Position numbers and translations under genes: made by a program. Shown piece by piece: positions 18,983 to 28,590 of a DNA stretch of 64,000 bases. Numbering within the stretch: the first letter of the stretch is position 1; each line of letters begins with the position of its first letter. The notes under the pieces are model-generated. The model had not been told where the DNA came from and did no database searches. It saw only the letters and a list, made by a program, of their open reading frames with translations. This DNA comes from Planctomycetota bacterium. Lineage in GTDB: Bacteria > Planctomycetota > UBA8108 > UBA1146 > JAJFFE01. The DNA lies in NCBI GenBank assembly GCA_039028735.1, contig JBCCHQ010000001.1, forward strand, positions 4,585 to 68,584. The letters run 5' to 3'.

Positions 18983-21568
18983 ATGACACACTCACCCGAT
19001 ACCTTTACCGCCCGAACCCTGCTCGAGAACTCGACCTGGCTCAGTAGCCTGGCCCATCGGCTCGTAAAGGACGAACAACGTGCCGATGACATCATGCAAG
19101 AGGCTTGGCTCGCTCTGATTGAGAAGCCGCCGCGCGACACGGACACCCCTCGGGCGTGGCTCGCAACCGTGGCACGGCGCCTCGCCAACAAGGGATTTCG
19201 CAGCGAAGCTAGAAGACTCGAACGAGAGCAGAAGGCGGCCCGCTCCGAGGCCACCGTCCCCAGCGACATCGTAGAGCGTGCCGAGATCCATCAGCACCTC
19301 GTCGACGCAGTCTTGGCACTGTCAGAGCCATACCGCAGCACGCTCCTCGAGCACTACTTCGATGAGCGCAGCGCGGCTGAGATCGCCAGTCGCCGCAGAC
19401 AGCCCGCAGCGACGGTACGTTCGCAGATCGCCCGCGGCCTCGAGTTGCTCAGAGATCGTCTCGACGGACTGCACGACGGCGACCGCCGTGCATGGTGCTT
19501 CAGTCTCTTGCCACTCGCCGTCATCGGAGCAACGGGTGTCGCGGGAACGGCCGTCGAAGTGCAAGAGCCGATACCGGTCTTGCAACGCCCGTCGGTCTGG
19601 CTGACGACTGCCGCCGGCGTCGCAGCACTGATCTTCGGCTGGACCCTGCTATCTCCAAACGATGGCGCGCGCCCGCAACAGCAAGCCAAAGGCGGCTCAG
19701 ACACGACCGTTCACGCGCCGCCGGCTGACGCCGATGTGGACGGCGGCGGTGGGATGGCTCCGATCGACGACAGCGACTCGGTCGTCGGTGTAGTCGTCGA
19801 TGCAGTCGTCGCGCCCGCCGACAGTTCAGTATCGCCGTCATTGCCCGACGCAGCCACGGCGACCGTACCAGGAGCCCATGAGGCACAAGGAGTCGTCCTC
19901 GACGTACACGGCCATCCGGTCGCCGGCATCGACATCTATCTTGATCAGCGGGCGGGACAAGGCGATCCACGCGCTACCGCCGCAGCCCCGCGACCGAACC
20001 AACGGATCCTTGCCACGACTGACCAAGACGGCATCTTCGAAGTACGCAGTAGGAAGCTGACCAGCTACATGTATCTGCTCGCCGAGAGTGCCGACTATAC
20101 GACACTACGCCGCGGGTGGTTCCAGGACAAACCCGAGGCCGAGATCCTGATCGTCGTCGGTCAGCGAGCGGCGCTGTCGGGTACCGTCCACAACGAAGAG
20201 GGGCTACCTCTGGCTGCAGCCATCGAAGTCGACGCACCGCACGCCCAACTGATCGATTTTCCGGAGTCGCTCGAGAACACCGGTCCCATGACCATCGCAA
20301 CCAGCGCTGACAGCGAAGGCAACTTTACCCTGCGTAGCTATCCTGCCTTCGTCGGCGCCAACCTCAGCATCAAACACGCCGGCTACAAACCGCACTGGGT
20401 GCAGATTGCAGCGATCGACAGCGATTCGATCGACGTCGTGCTGGAGCGCGCAGAACGCCCAGCGAAGAAGCTGGTCCTAGGTGTCGTGCTGCTGGCCGAT
20501 GGCTCCCCCGCCACCGCAGCCAGTATCCACTTTGGGAACAACAAGACGACCGTCGACGAGGACGGTAGCTTCGAGTTCCTTCCGCGCGGCATGATCAACG
20601 ACGCAACCCCCCTCGTGGCCATCATTCCCGAGCGCGCACCGGTAATCCTGCAGAACTTCGGAAAGACTTGGAAACAGGGGAGCGCCGCCGACCCACTCGA
20701 GATCACTGCAGGTGCAGAACCGCTGGCGATCGAGGGCGTAGTCCTGGGTAGCAACGGCGAGCCAGCAGCGGGGTGGGTAGTTCGACTGGCCGATGCAACC
20801 GAGATCAGCATAGGCCACTACCCGGCGACCTACGCCGAAGGACTCGCCAGTGGCCGTCACTCGAATCTCGACATCTACACCGACGTCAACGGATCGTTTC
20901 AGATTGCGGGTTTGATCGATCGCAGCTATCGAATCTTCGCGTATCAAGAGGGCACGCTGCTGTCGATTCGTTCTGAACCCATTGCCGCCGGCACCAACGA
21001 CGCCGTCCTACAGTTGCCCGACGACGCCGTACTACCGCCGCAGCGTGGGCGTGTTGTATCGCGGCGTGGACGGCCCCTCGCAAACGCCCGAGTCACACCG
21101 ACACTCACGACGAACAGCGGTGACACGGGCAGCGTTTGGATCAGTGGCACGAGTGTCACAACCGACAACAATGGCTACTTTTCGCTGACAGACTGTCCGC
21201 GGACTGAAGTCATGATCGCGGTCAGCGGCGCCGGCATCATGCCGACCAAAGTGGAGCTCGACCGCAGCGGCGGTGTCTTCGAGATAGAGGTGCCCGAGCG
21301 TTGCCGCTTCCGGGTCGAAGCAGATCACCTGCCCAACGTCCCCGACGATGGACAGATGCTCGCGGCCGACGGCACCGTTCTGAACGTCTATCGCTTCGTG
21401 GCAGGAGGCAACTCCTCAAGTAATCGGATGACGATCGTCGAGGGACGCACGCCGATCCTCGCCGTCAGCGAGGACGCCCGCACGCTGGTGCTGAGTCGCG
21501 GCGGCAAAGAGGTTGCACGCTTGTCGATCGATCTGAATCCAGACGTCGTGTCCGACCTACGCCCCTGA
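18983..21568 (+). CDS. ECF sigma-70 factor fused to two TM helices and a large extracytoplasmic C-terminal region (carboxypeptidase-regulatory/Ig-like repeats)
   Basis: ATG with a GAAGGGAG RBS. Sigma region 2 is DDIMQEAWLALIE. Region 4 is SEPYRSTLLEHYFDERSAAEIA...VRSQIARGLELLRDRL. The TM segments are WCFSLLPLAVIGATGVAGTAV and VWLTTAAGVAALIFGWTLL. About 600 aa with GVVLDVHGHPVAGIDIYL-type beta-sandwich repeats follow. Confidence 0.75.
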   Translation: MTHSPDTFTARTLLENSTWLSSLAHRLVKDEQRADDIMQEAWLALIEKPPRDTDTPRAWLATVARRLANKGFRSEARRLEREQKAARSEATVPSDIVERAEIHQHLVDAVLALSEPYRSTLLEHYFDERSAAEIASRRRQPAATVRSQIARGLELLRDRLDGLHDGDRRAWCFSLLPLAVIGATGVAGTAVEVQEPIPVLQRPSVWLTTAAGVAALIFGWTLLSPNDGARPQQQAKGGSDTTVHAPPADADVDGGGGMAPIDDSDSVVGVVVDAVVAPADSSVSPSLPDAATATVPGAHEAQGVVLDVHGHPVAGIDIYLDQRAGQGDPRATAAAPRPNQRILATTDQDGIFEVRSRKLTSYMYLLAESADYTTLRRGWFQDKPEAEILIVVGQRAALSGTVHNEEGLPLAAAIEVDAPHAQLIDFPESLENTGPMTIATSADSEGNFTLRSYPAFVGANLSIKHAGYKPHWVQIAAIDSDSIDVVLERAERPAKKLVLGVVLLADGSPATAASIHFGNNKTTVDEDGSFEFLPRGMINDATPLVAIIPERAPVILQNFGKTWKQGSAADPLEITAGAEPLAIEGVVLGSNGEPAAGWVVRLADATEISIGHYPATYAEGLASGRHSNLDIYTDVNGSFQIAGLIDRSYRIFAYQEGTLLSIRSEPIAAGTNDAVLQLPDDAVLPPQRGRVVSRRGRPLANARVTPTLTTNSGDTGSVWISGTSVTTDNNGYFSLTDCPRTEVMIAVSGAGIMPTKVELDRSGGVFEIEVPERCRFRVEADHLPNVPDDGQMLAADGTVLNVYRFVAGGNSSSNRMTIVEGRTPILAVSEDARTLVLSRGGKEVARLSIDLNPDVVSDLRP

Positions 21569-21583
21569 GAGCGATCTTCGCGC

Positions 21584-22201
21584 CTACCGAAGTCGTTCTT
21601 CAAGCTGTGCCAGGTGTTCTACGCGCCAGTCCGCATCGACACCGAGTCCGACAACGAACACTTCCGCGCGAGCGCCCGCAGCCACGTCGTTGGTCGTATC
21701 GCCGACGAGAATCGCTCCGTCGGCGGTGGCGCCGGTGTTGGCAAGCCCGCGCTGAATGATCTCGGGATCGGGCTTGCCACGCGCCACGTCATCTCCACCG
21801 GTCACTCGGTCGACGAGTTGCGACAAACCGATTGCTTCGAGGATTGCTCTCGCCAACGCACGCGGGCAGTTCGTTACGACCCAGATCGGAATGCCGCGAC
21901 GCTCGAGTGTCTGAACCAACGCCGCACCACCGTCGATCGGCTGGATGCGATCAACATACTTCGGGAATGCTTCGTCATACTCCGCAACAAGAGATTCCGG
22001 TGTCGCTCCTGGAAACAGGGTTTCGCAGTCCGCCTCGATTCCTTGCCCCCAATAGGGTGTGACCCCGGCGACGCCGAGCGGCGCGAGGCCGCGTCGCTCT
22101 CGGCACTCATCGAGAACGCCGACCCATGCCTCGAAGGAATTGGCGAGTACCCCGTCCAGGTCAAACAACACCGCCTGTAGCTCTCGGGGCCATGATCGCA
22201 C
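21584..22201 (-). CDS. HAD-superfamily hydrolase (phosphoglycolate phosphatase / beta-phosphoglucomutase-like subfamily)
   Basis: GTG 22201 with a GAGGAGG RBS is preferred over the track TTG 22255. Motif I is LFDLDGVL. Motif III has K in GKPDPE. Motif IV is VGDTTNDVAAG. Confidence 0.75.
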   Translation of the reverse strand: MRSWPRELQAVLFDLDGVLANSFEAWVGVLDECRERRGLAPLGVAGVTPYWGQGIEADCETLFPGATPESLVAEYDEAFPKYVDRIQPIDGGAALVQTLERRGIPIWVVTNCPRALARAILEAIGLSQLVDRVTGGDDVARGKPDPEIIQRGLANTGATADGAILVGDTTNDVAAGARAEVFVVGLGVDADWRVEHLAQLEERLR

Positions 22202-22293
22202 CGAAACACCTCCTCTGCGTTGCCGAGAGCATCGCAGAGGAGGCGCTGTGATCAACTAGAAACGCAACCAGAACTACAACCGTTAGACATCGA

Positions 22294-25200
22294 TCATGGG
22301 CACGGCGAGCTACTACACGTGAGGGTGTCTGCTGTCGGATCGACCGCGCACAAACCATGCGGAGCTGGCGGAGAGGCGCCACCGGAGAACAACGCCGACA
22401 ACTTGTACACAGCGTCGCCAATATTGTTCTGTCCGTCATCGTTGGCGTCACACGCGTCGGCACACGTAGGCGTCGTGCCGCTAGCGAACAAGAACGTTAG
22501 CAAGAACACCGGATCGCCAATGTTGAACGTACTGTCGCCGTTGCAGTCGCCACGATCGAAGCTCGGCTGTGCGGGCCCGCACTCATCGGGAACACCGTTA
22601 CCGTCGCCGTCCAGGGAGTACCCATTCGCGATGTCGCAAGAGTCGAGCACGCCGTTGCTGTTGCAGTCGAACTGCGCTCCCACAGCCAACTCGCAAGCAT
22701 CGAGGATGCCGTTGCCATTGCAATCATTGCCGGCCAACTGACAAACATCGGGCACGCTGTCGTTGTTGCAGTCGGTCATTACACCGGTTGCGAAGTCGCA
22801 CGAATCAGGAATACCATTGCTGTTGCAGTCTGCCTCCAGTGCGACCTGACTCGTGTTGCGGTGGATCGCGACGCCGCTCCCTGAGAACGCGCTGGCCAAG
22901 GCAATGTCGATACGACCATCAGCGTCGTAGTCTGCAGCGTCCAACCGCGAGTAGCTTACCGAACCGCCGACGTATGGCTCTGGAACAAACGCGCCCGCAC
23001 CTTGGTTCAGCATGACGCCGACCGTGGATCCAGCTAGATCGGGGCGGCCATCGCTGTCGAAGTCGCCGACTACCAGCTCTACCGGAGCGGCACTCCCTGG
23101 CAAGAGCACCGACGTGAAAGCACCGCCACCGTCGTTGCTAAGGAGTGCGACTGCAGTGCTCCCACCGGTGGCAATGTCGTAGTCACCGTCAAGATCCGCA
23201 TCGATAGCGACCAGCGTTTCTACGGGCTGTCCAACCGCAGTGATCTGAGGTGCTCCAAACACACCGCCTCCTTGGTTGAAGAACGTTCGCACCTCGGAAG
23301 AGCGCCCGACGCAAAGGTCAACAAGGCTATCGCCGTCGAAATCCTCTGCGATAACCCACCGTGGGATCGAGCCAGTCGCGTAGTCGACTCGTGTGAAAGA
23401 AGATCCAGCACCATCATTGAGCAGCACCGAAACGTTGGCATGCCAGAAGTTCGCGGTCACAAGATCCAGTGCACCGTCGCCATCGAAGTCCCCGGCCGCC
23501 ATCGACCTGGGTGTGCTCCCCACCGTCGTCCCAGATCCGAGACTGAAGACACCTGTACCATCGTTCAAGAGCAGGACGACTGTCGATGAGTAGCCGCCAG
23601 CGACATCGATATCTCCGTCGCCGTCAAAGTCACCGGCAGCCAGTGTGTCGATACCGTTGACAAGATGAATCACGTTGATTGTCGACACGAAGGTGCCGTC
23701 ACCGTTGTTCAACGCAACGTGTAACGGGACAGTCTGGTTGGTAGCCATCACTACGTCGAGATCCCCGTCGCCATCGAAGTCTGCCGTCGCAATGTCGTTG
23801 GCTAGCCCCGCCGGCTGGATCGGAATCAAGTGATGAAACTCGAACTGCAGCAAGCGAGACTCGACATCGCAGTCATCAGGGCGGCCGTTTCCGTTGCAGT
23901 CTTGACTGCTGCCGCTACTGAGATCGGTCGCGTCGTGCACGCCGTTCTGGTTGCAGTCTGCCAGCAGGATCGCCTCGACCGTGTCGATCATGCCGTGGCC
24001 TACTTGTGACGTTGAGCCCGCTACGGGCACTGCGGTCGTCGTCAACACAGCTCGCAGCTGCGCAGGCGTAATGCCAGGTATGGCTTCGATGATCAGAGCA
24101 GCAGCCCCGGACGCCGCCGGCGCCGCCATGCTCGTGCCCCACTGCACGTAGTAGTCGGCTGCACCAGTACCGTAGTTGCTGTCGTTGTCGATCAAGAAGT
24201 CGGGATCCGGGAAGCCAGCAAAGGTGCCAGAGTCCTTGCACGAGATCGTCACACTGCCGGGCGCCACGAGATCGGGTTTCGCTGCACCGTCGATGCGTGG
24301 CCCTTGACCGCTAAACGGTGCTAACGTGCCGACGACCATCCAGTCGAACCAACGCGGAAGACCATCGGAACGCGTCCACGAAGTTCGCTGTGTCCAACAG
24401 CCGATGGTGATGGCGTCGTCAGCGGTTCCCGGGTGGTTCAGGGTATACTGCGGGTCTGGCACGTCGAACGTAGCCAGACTCCAGGTACTGGGATTGAAGA
24501 CGTGAACCAGCGGTGTTTGCCCGGAAAGCGCGGCGTTCGTGATCGTGAAGCTGTAGGTTCTCGACGCACCGACCGCGAGCGGCGTGATATTGAGAAAGTA
24601 CTGCTGTGCCTCAGTGCCACGGCTACTGGTACCGGTCCAGTGCACCCCCGCTGCGGGAACGGTGCCGGTCAATGTTCCCAGCGTCTCGCCGGGGAGCAGG
24701 TTCGTACAGATCAACGTCATGTTGCTGTCGCTAACGCCATCTTGCCAGATGAGCCGCAGATCTTCAGACGGTGTGTACGGGAAACCGCTCGTGTTGTTGA
24801 TCGTCAAAGTAAACGCTGCTGATGTCGAGTTTGGTGCGACCGTCATTGAGGCGTGCTTCGCGACGTTGCCATCATTGCCAGCGGCGACAAAGCATGTCAT
24901 CCCGCTCGCAGTCGCGGCATCGATCGCCTGGCACACGAGAGACGAGCCGTCCATGTACGTGTGGACGCCACCGTAGCTCAAGTTGTAGATGTGGCAGCCA
25001 ACGAACAGCGCGCGGTTGATCGACTCGATGATGTCGGTATCAGACGCAAATGCTGTGACGTCGTCACCGATCTTGTAGAAGTGCAAATCCGCACCGGGGG
25101 CAACACCGGTGTGAATCCCCGAAGACACGACACCACTTCCGAGCACAGTACCGGTGACATGGGTACCGTGGGCCATCACCGTATTGGTCACGGTCGTAGA

Positions 25201-25902
25201 CCAGGCACCCGGGCCCGCGCCCGCGTGCGTCCCCGTTGTCATGTCGAAAGCTTCGGTCGGCGTTGGGAAGTCCAAGTGCGTGAGATCGATCCCACTATCG
25301 GCAACAGCGACCTTGACCCCAGTACCATCGCGCGGCAGCGTTTCGATGCCCAGAGACACATCCCACGCCCGCATCATCTTTCGGGCTTCGAAATTCAAAG
25401 GTGCACTCCACTGCTCGGCCGACACCACAGAAACTACGAGCGGGTGCGCTTCCAGGTAGTTCAGCCGGCTGTAAGAAACCGTGGCGAGATAAAACCCGAA
25501 CGGATGCTTGCCGACGACAGGCGGAACCCACCCGGTCGGATGCAACTGCACGCCAGCCGTGGTCATCGCGAGCCACTCGGGGCCAAGCAGCGGTCGCGTC
25601 ATGTAGATTCCGACTTGCTCGGTCGTCGGATCTCCACGGTGAACGGCTGCAACCGGCGCCGAAGCTTGCGGCGTGCTCGCGAAGTTCCACGCGTTCCGGT
25701 CGTTGCGAGTCGCCTCGGCGCGGCCACCCTCGGCGCCATCCAGGGGCGCAGCCTCGACTGCGTTCTTGATCCGCTGGTGCCCATAGATGACGTCGCAAAT
25801 CTTGCCGTCAGCCGACGCCTCAGTCACAAACAGCACGATCCCCACGAACGCGACGGCGCGCGCCCAATTTCGCCGGGACTGAATCGTCAAAGAGTTCTTC
25901 AT
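22294..25902 (-). CDS. Secreted subtilisin-like serine protease (S8) with FG-GAP/VCBS repeats and a C-terminal Cys-containing dockerin-like module
   Basis: ATG 25902 with a GGAGGAG RBS and a signal peptide. The catalytic triad context is VAVADSGID, HGTHVTGTV, GTSMAAPAASG. Multiple DFDGDGDLDV/GDFDGDG FG-GAP loops are present. The tail is RGDCNGDSTFN...SPCP-stop. Confidence 0.85.
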   Translation of the reverse strand: MKNSLTIQSRRNWARAVAFVGIVLFVTEASADGKICDVIYGHQRIKNAVEAAPLDGAEGGRAEATRNDRNAWNFASTPQASAPVAAVHRGDPTTEQVGIYMTRPLLGPEWLAMTTAGVQLHPTGWVPPVVGKHPFGFYLATVSYSRLNYLEAHPLVVSVVSAEQWSAPLNFEARKMMRAWDVSLGIETLPRDGTGVKVAVADSGIDLTHLDFPTPTEAFDMTTGTHAGAGPGAWSTTVTNTVMAHGTHVTGTVLGSGVVSSGIHTGVAPGADLHFYKIGDDVTAFASDTDIIESINRALFVGCHIYNLSYGGVHTYMDGSSLVCQAIDAATASGMTCFVAAGNDGNVAKHASMTVAPNSTSAAFTLTINNTSGFPYTPSEDLRLIWQDGVSDSNMTLICTNLLPGETLGTLTGTVPAAGVHWTGTSSRGTEAQQYFLNITPLAVGASRTYSFTITNAALSGQTPLVHVFNPSTWSLATFDVPDPQYTLNHPGTADDAITIGCWTQRTSWTRSDGLPRWFDWMVVGTLAPFSGQGPRIDGAAKPDLVAPGSVTISCKDSGTFAGFPDPDFLIDNDSNYGTGAADYYVQWGTSMAAPAASGAAALIIEAIPGITPAQLRAVLTTTAVPVAGSTSQVGHGMIDTVEAILLADCNQNGVHDATDLSSGSSQDCNGNGRPDDCDVESRLLQFEFHHLIPIQPAGLANDIATADFDGDGDLDVVMATNQTVPLHVALNNGDGTFVSTINVIHLVNGIDTLAAGDFDGDGDIDVAGGYSSTVVLLLNDGTGVFSLGSGTTVGSTPRSMAAGDFDGDGALDLVTANFWHANVSVLLNDGAGSSFTRVDYATGSIPRWVIAEDFDGDSLVDLCVGRSSEVRTFFNQGGGVFGAPQITAVGQPVETLVAIDADLDGDYDIATGGSTAVALLSNDGGGAFTSVLLPGSAAPVELVVGDFDSDGRPDLAGSTVGVMLNQGAGAFVPEPYVGGSVSYSRLDAADYDADGRIDIALASAFSGSGVAIHRNTSQVALEADCNSNGIPDSCDFATGVMTDCNNDSVPDVCQLAGNDCNGNGILDACELAVGAQFDCNSNGVLDSCDIANGYSLDGDGNGVPDECGPAQPSFDRGDCNGDSTFNIGDPVFLLTFLFASGTTPTCADACDANDDGQNNIGDAVYKLSALFSGGASPPAPHGLCAVDPTADTLTCSSSPCP

Positions 25903-26158
25903 GGTGCTCCTCCGTTTCGGAACGCACAACAGCTCAGGAGCAAGCCCACCATTGCTCTATCCTGCATAGAGGCCCCGGGGGCGTCTCTGACAAACTTGTG
26001 CGAGAAAACGAGAAGACAGGGCGCCTTCGCCGAGCGCGAGAACACAAGGCGCGCGAAATCAGTGACTTAGCCCGACGGCAGCAAAGCTCCACACGACGTC
26101 GGTCCACGCTGATCCAGCGATTCTGCCCCCCTTCGGAGCACCTCGGGGGGTACCATGC

Positions 26159-26758
26159 GTGGTGCCGATGACTAGATACACAACGCATATCTCCTTGCTG
26201 CAGCGCGTGTCCGCCAGCACCGATCCGGCGGCCTGGCGAGAGTTCTGCGACCGCTACGGCCTCCTGATCCGCAGCTTCGCCCGCCGCCGGGCACTGCAGC
26301 CCGCCGACTGCGACGAAGTCGTGCAAGATGTCCTCACAGCTCTGACGCAAGCCATGCCGGGGTTCGAGTACGACCCAACGCGCGGCAAGTTTCGTGGCTA
26401 CTTGAAAACAATCACGCTGCGCGAGATCCAGAAACGCTACCGACAACATCGCGAGTTGCCGCTCGCTACCGATGGCGAAAGCCAGGGCGTCGAGCTGGAA
26501 CGCGACGACGCTGCACTCGATCAGACTTGGGAAGACGAGTGGCGCCAATATCATCTGCGGCAGGCCATGCGTAGCATCGAGGTGGAGTTCTCGGAGGCAG
26601 ACCGCGAGGCGTTCGATCTCTACGCTGTCCACGGCACACCGGCCCAGGAAACTGCAACGCGTCTCCAACTGAGCGTCGATCAGGTGTACCAGGCAAAGTC
26701 GCGAATTCTGAAACGCATCGAAAGCCTGATCGAGCGCCAAGTCGAGGACGAAGGATGA
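26159..26758 (+). CDS. ECF-type RNA polymerase sigma factor
   Basis: Sigma-70 region 2 is DEVVQDVLTAL. Region 4 is TATRLQLSVDQVYQAKSRILKRIE. Start is GTG 26159 or ATG 26168. The stop overlaps the downstream kinase start (ATGA). Confidence 0.8.
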   Translation: MVPMTRYTTHISLLQRVSASTDPAAWREFCDRYGLLIRSFARRRALQPADCDEVVQDVLTALTQAMPGFEYDPTRGKFRGYLKTITLREIQKRYRQHRELPLATDGESQGVELERDDAALDQTWEDEWRQYHLRQAMRSIEVEFSEADREAFDLYAVHGTPAQETATRLQLSVDQVYQAKSRILKRIESLIERQVEDEG

Positions 26759-28590
26759 GTAACGATTGGTTTCACGGCGATGAGCTCCTCGGCGAGCTGC
26801 GCAAGGCACCTCGCAGTGATGCGGCCCCACGAGTTCCCGGATACACGCACCTGGAAGAAATCGGCCGCGGCGGCCAAGGGGTTGTCTTCGAGGCGCTCCA
26901 ACAATCCACGCAACGAACCGTTGCGATCAAGGTGTTGCACGAAGATGTGACTCGAGTCGTCGAGCGGAAAACTCGTTTCGAACGCGAGATCGAACTGGTA
27001 TCGACACTAGAGCACCCCTGCATCGTGCGTGTCTACGACAGCGGTGTCACTGAAGACGGCCAACTCTACTACGTCATGGAGCGCCTCGTAGGTGTCCCCC
27101 TCGACCAGCACATCAGCGATACGCAGCCGACACAGGCGTGGATCGTACAACTGCTGATTCGAATTGCCGACGCAGTCGGCTTCGCCCATCAACGTGGGGT
27201 CATGCATCGAGACCTCAAGCCAGCCAACATCATCGTCTCTTCCGATGGAGCACCTCACATCCTCGACTTCGGCGCCGCCAAGCGTGCGCTTCCGGTAGAA
27301 GACGGCGAGGGATTCGCAACATTGACTCCACGCGAAGACGTCACGGTGGCCGGTGATTTCCTCGGCACGCTGGCGTTTGCGTCGCCGGAACAAGTCTCCG
27401 GGGATCCAGCGCGTGTAGACATCCGTACAGACGTCTACGCCTTGGGGCTGATTCTGTACCATTGCCTGGCTGGTCGGTTGCCGTACGATGTCTCGGGCGC
27501 TGTCGCCACCGTCGTGCAGTCGATCGTGGACGCACGGCCGCAGCCGTTGAAGGCTCACTCCGAACTGCAACTCATCGTCAGTAAGGCGCTCGACAAGGAT
27601 CCAGAGCGGCGCTATTCGTCTGCCCATACGTTCGCGCGCGACTTGGAGCGTTTCCTTCGCGGCGATCCAATCGAAGCTCGCGGCGACTCGACTTGGTACG
27701 TCTTGCGCAAGACGGTTCAGAAGCACAAGGTCCCGTTCGGCTTGGCTGCGCTCCTCACGGTGTCCGCCGTGTTCTTTGCCGTCTCTATGTTCATCGCGTA
27801 TCGCAACGTCGCTCGTGAACAGAGCAAGACAAGCGACATCAAGATCTTCTGGGAAGACACGCTAGGGTCAGTGGCGCCCGCACGCCCCGGCGCAGCCATT
27901 ACCTTCGCCGACGTACTCAACGAAGCCGTGGCTTGGATCGAGATCACGACAGAAGGAGAACCTGAGATCGAAGCGTCCCTGCGTACGACCGTCGGCAACG
28001 GCTACCGCAACCTCGGGCGGTTCGACGAAGCCGAAGAGCAGCTGCAGCGGGGATTGGCGCTGCGGCGCGAGCTGTTTGGCCCGAATCACGCAGACTCGAT
28101 AGCGAGCTTCAACGCCATCGCTTTGCTCCGACAGAGCCAACAACGCTACGACGAAGCGGCCGCCATGTTCACTGCGGCCCTCGATGCTCGCATCGCACTA
28201 CTTGGTTCTGAACACCCCGCAGTGGCGCAGAGCTACCAGAACCTCGGGCGTGTGGCGTTCCAGCAACAGCGCCTCGACGAAGCGGAGGCGCTGTACCTGA
28301 AAGTACTTCAGCGGCGAATCGCGCTGTATGGGGCGAAACACCAGGGCGTGGCCATGGTGCAATTCGATCTCGCTGAAGTTGCACGAGTTCGCGGTCGCCT
28401 GGAGGAGAGCCTCTCGCTCCATTCCACGGCTCTTGCGACGCGCAGGGAACGGCTCTCGCCACCGCACCCCGATCTCGCACGCTCGCTACGCGCTCTAGGA
28501 GAGATACTCACACTGCTGGGACGAACGGCCGAGGCGCAAGCGGCGCTCGCTGAGGCCGACGACATCGGACGCAGCCTGCGCGGAAACTAG
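26755..28590 (+). CDS. Ser/Thr protein kinase with a TM segment and C-terminal TPR repeats
   Basis: Kinase motifs are EIGRGGQGVV, AIKVL, HRDLKPANII, DFGAAK and SPEQ. The TM segment is VPFGLAALLTVSAVFFAVSMFIAY. TPR-like repeats follow. It is translationally coupled to the ECF sigma gene. Confidence 0.85.
   Translation: MSNDWFHGDELLGELRKAPRSDAAPRVPGYTHLEEIGRGGQGVVFEALQQSTQRTVAIKVLHEDVTRVVERKTRFEREIELVSTLEHPCIVRVYDSGVTEDGQLYYVMERLVGVPLDQHISDTQPTQAWIVQLLIRIADAVGFAHQRGVMHRDLKPANIIVSSDGAPHILDFGAAKRALPVEDGEGFATLTPREDVTVAGDFLGTLAFASPEQVSGDPARVDIRTDVYALGLILYHCLAGRLPYDVSGAVATVVQSIVDARPQPLKAHSELQLIVSKALDKDPERRYSSAHTFARDLERFLRGDPIEARGDSTWYVLRKTVQKHKVPFGLAALLTVSAVFFAVSMFIAYRNVAREQSKTSDIKIFWEDTLGSVAPARPGAAITFADVLNEAVAWIEITTEGEPEIEASLRTTVGNGYRNLGRFDEAEEQLQRGLALRRELFGPNHADSIASFNAIALLRQSQQRYDEAAAMFTAALDARIALLGSEHPAVAQSYQNLGRVAFQQQRLDEAEALYLKVLQRRIALYGAKHQGVAMVQFDLAEVARVRGRLEESLSLHSTALATRRERLSPPHPDLARSLRALGEILTLLGRTAEAQAALAEADDIGRSLRGN

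Noticed and set aside
26121-26150. C6...G6 hairpin (CCCCCCTTCGGAGCACCTCGGGGGG) just upstream of the ECF sigma start.
   Set aside because: It is a short GC stem with a long loop that overlaps the likely RBS. It could be a trivial secondary structure. There is no riboswitch-like conservation that I can assess.
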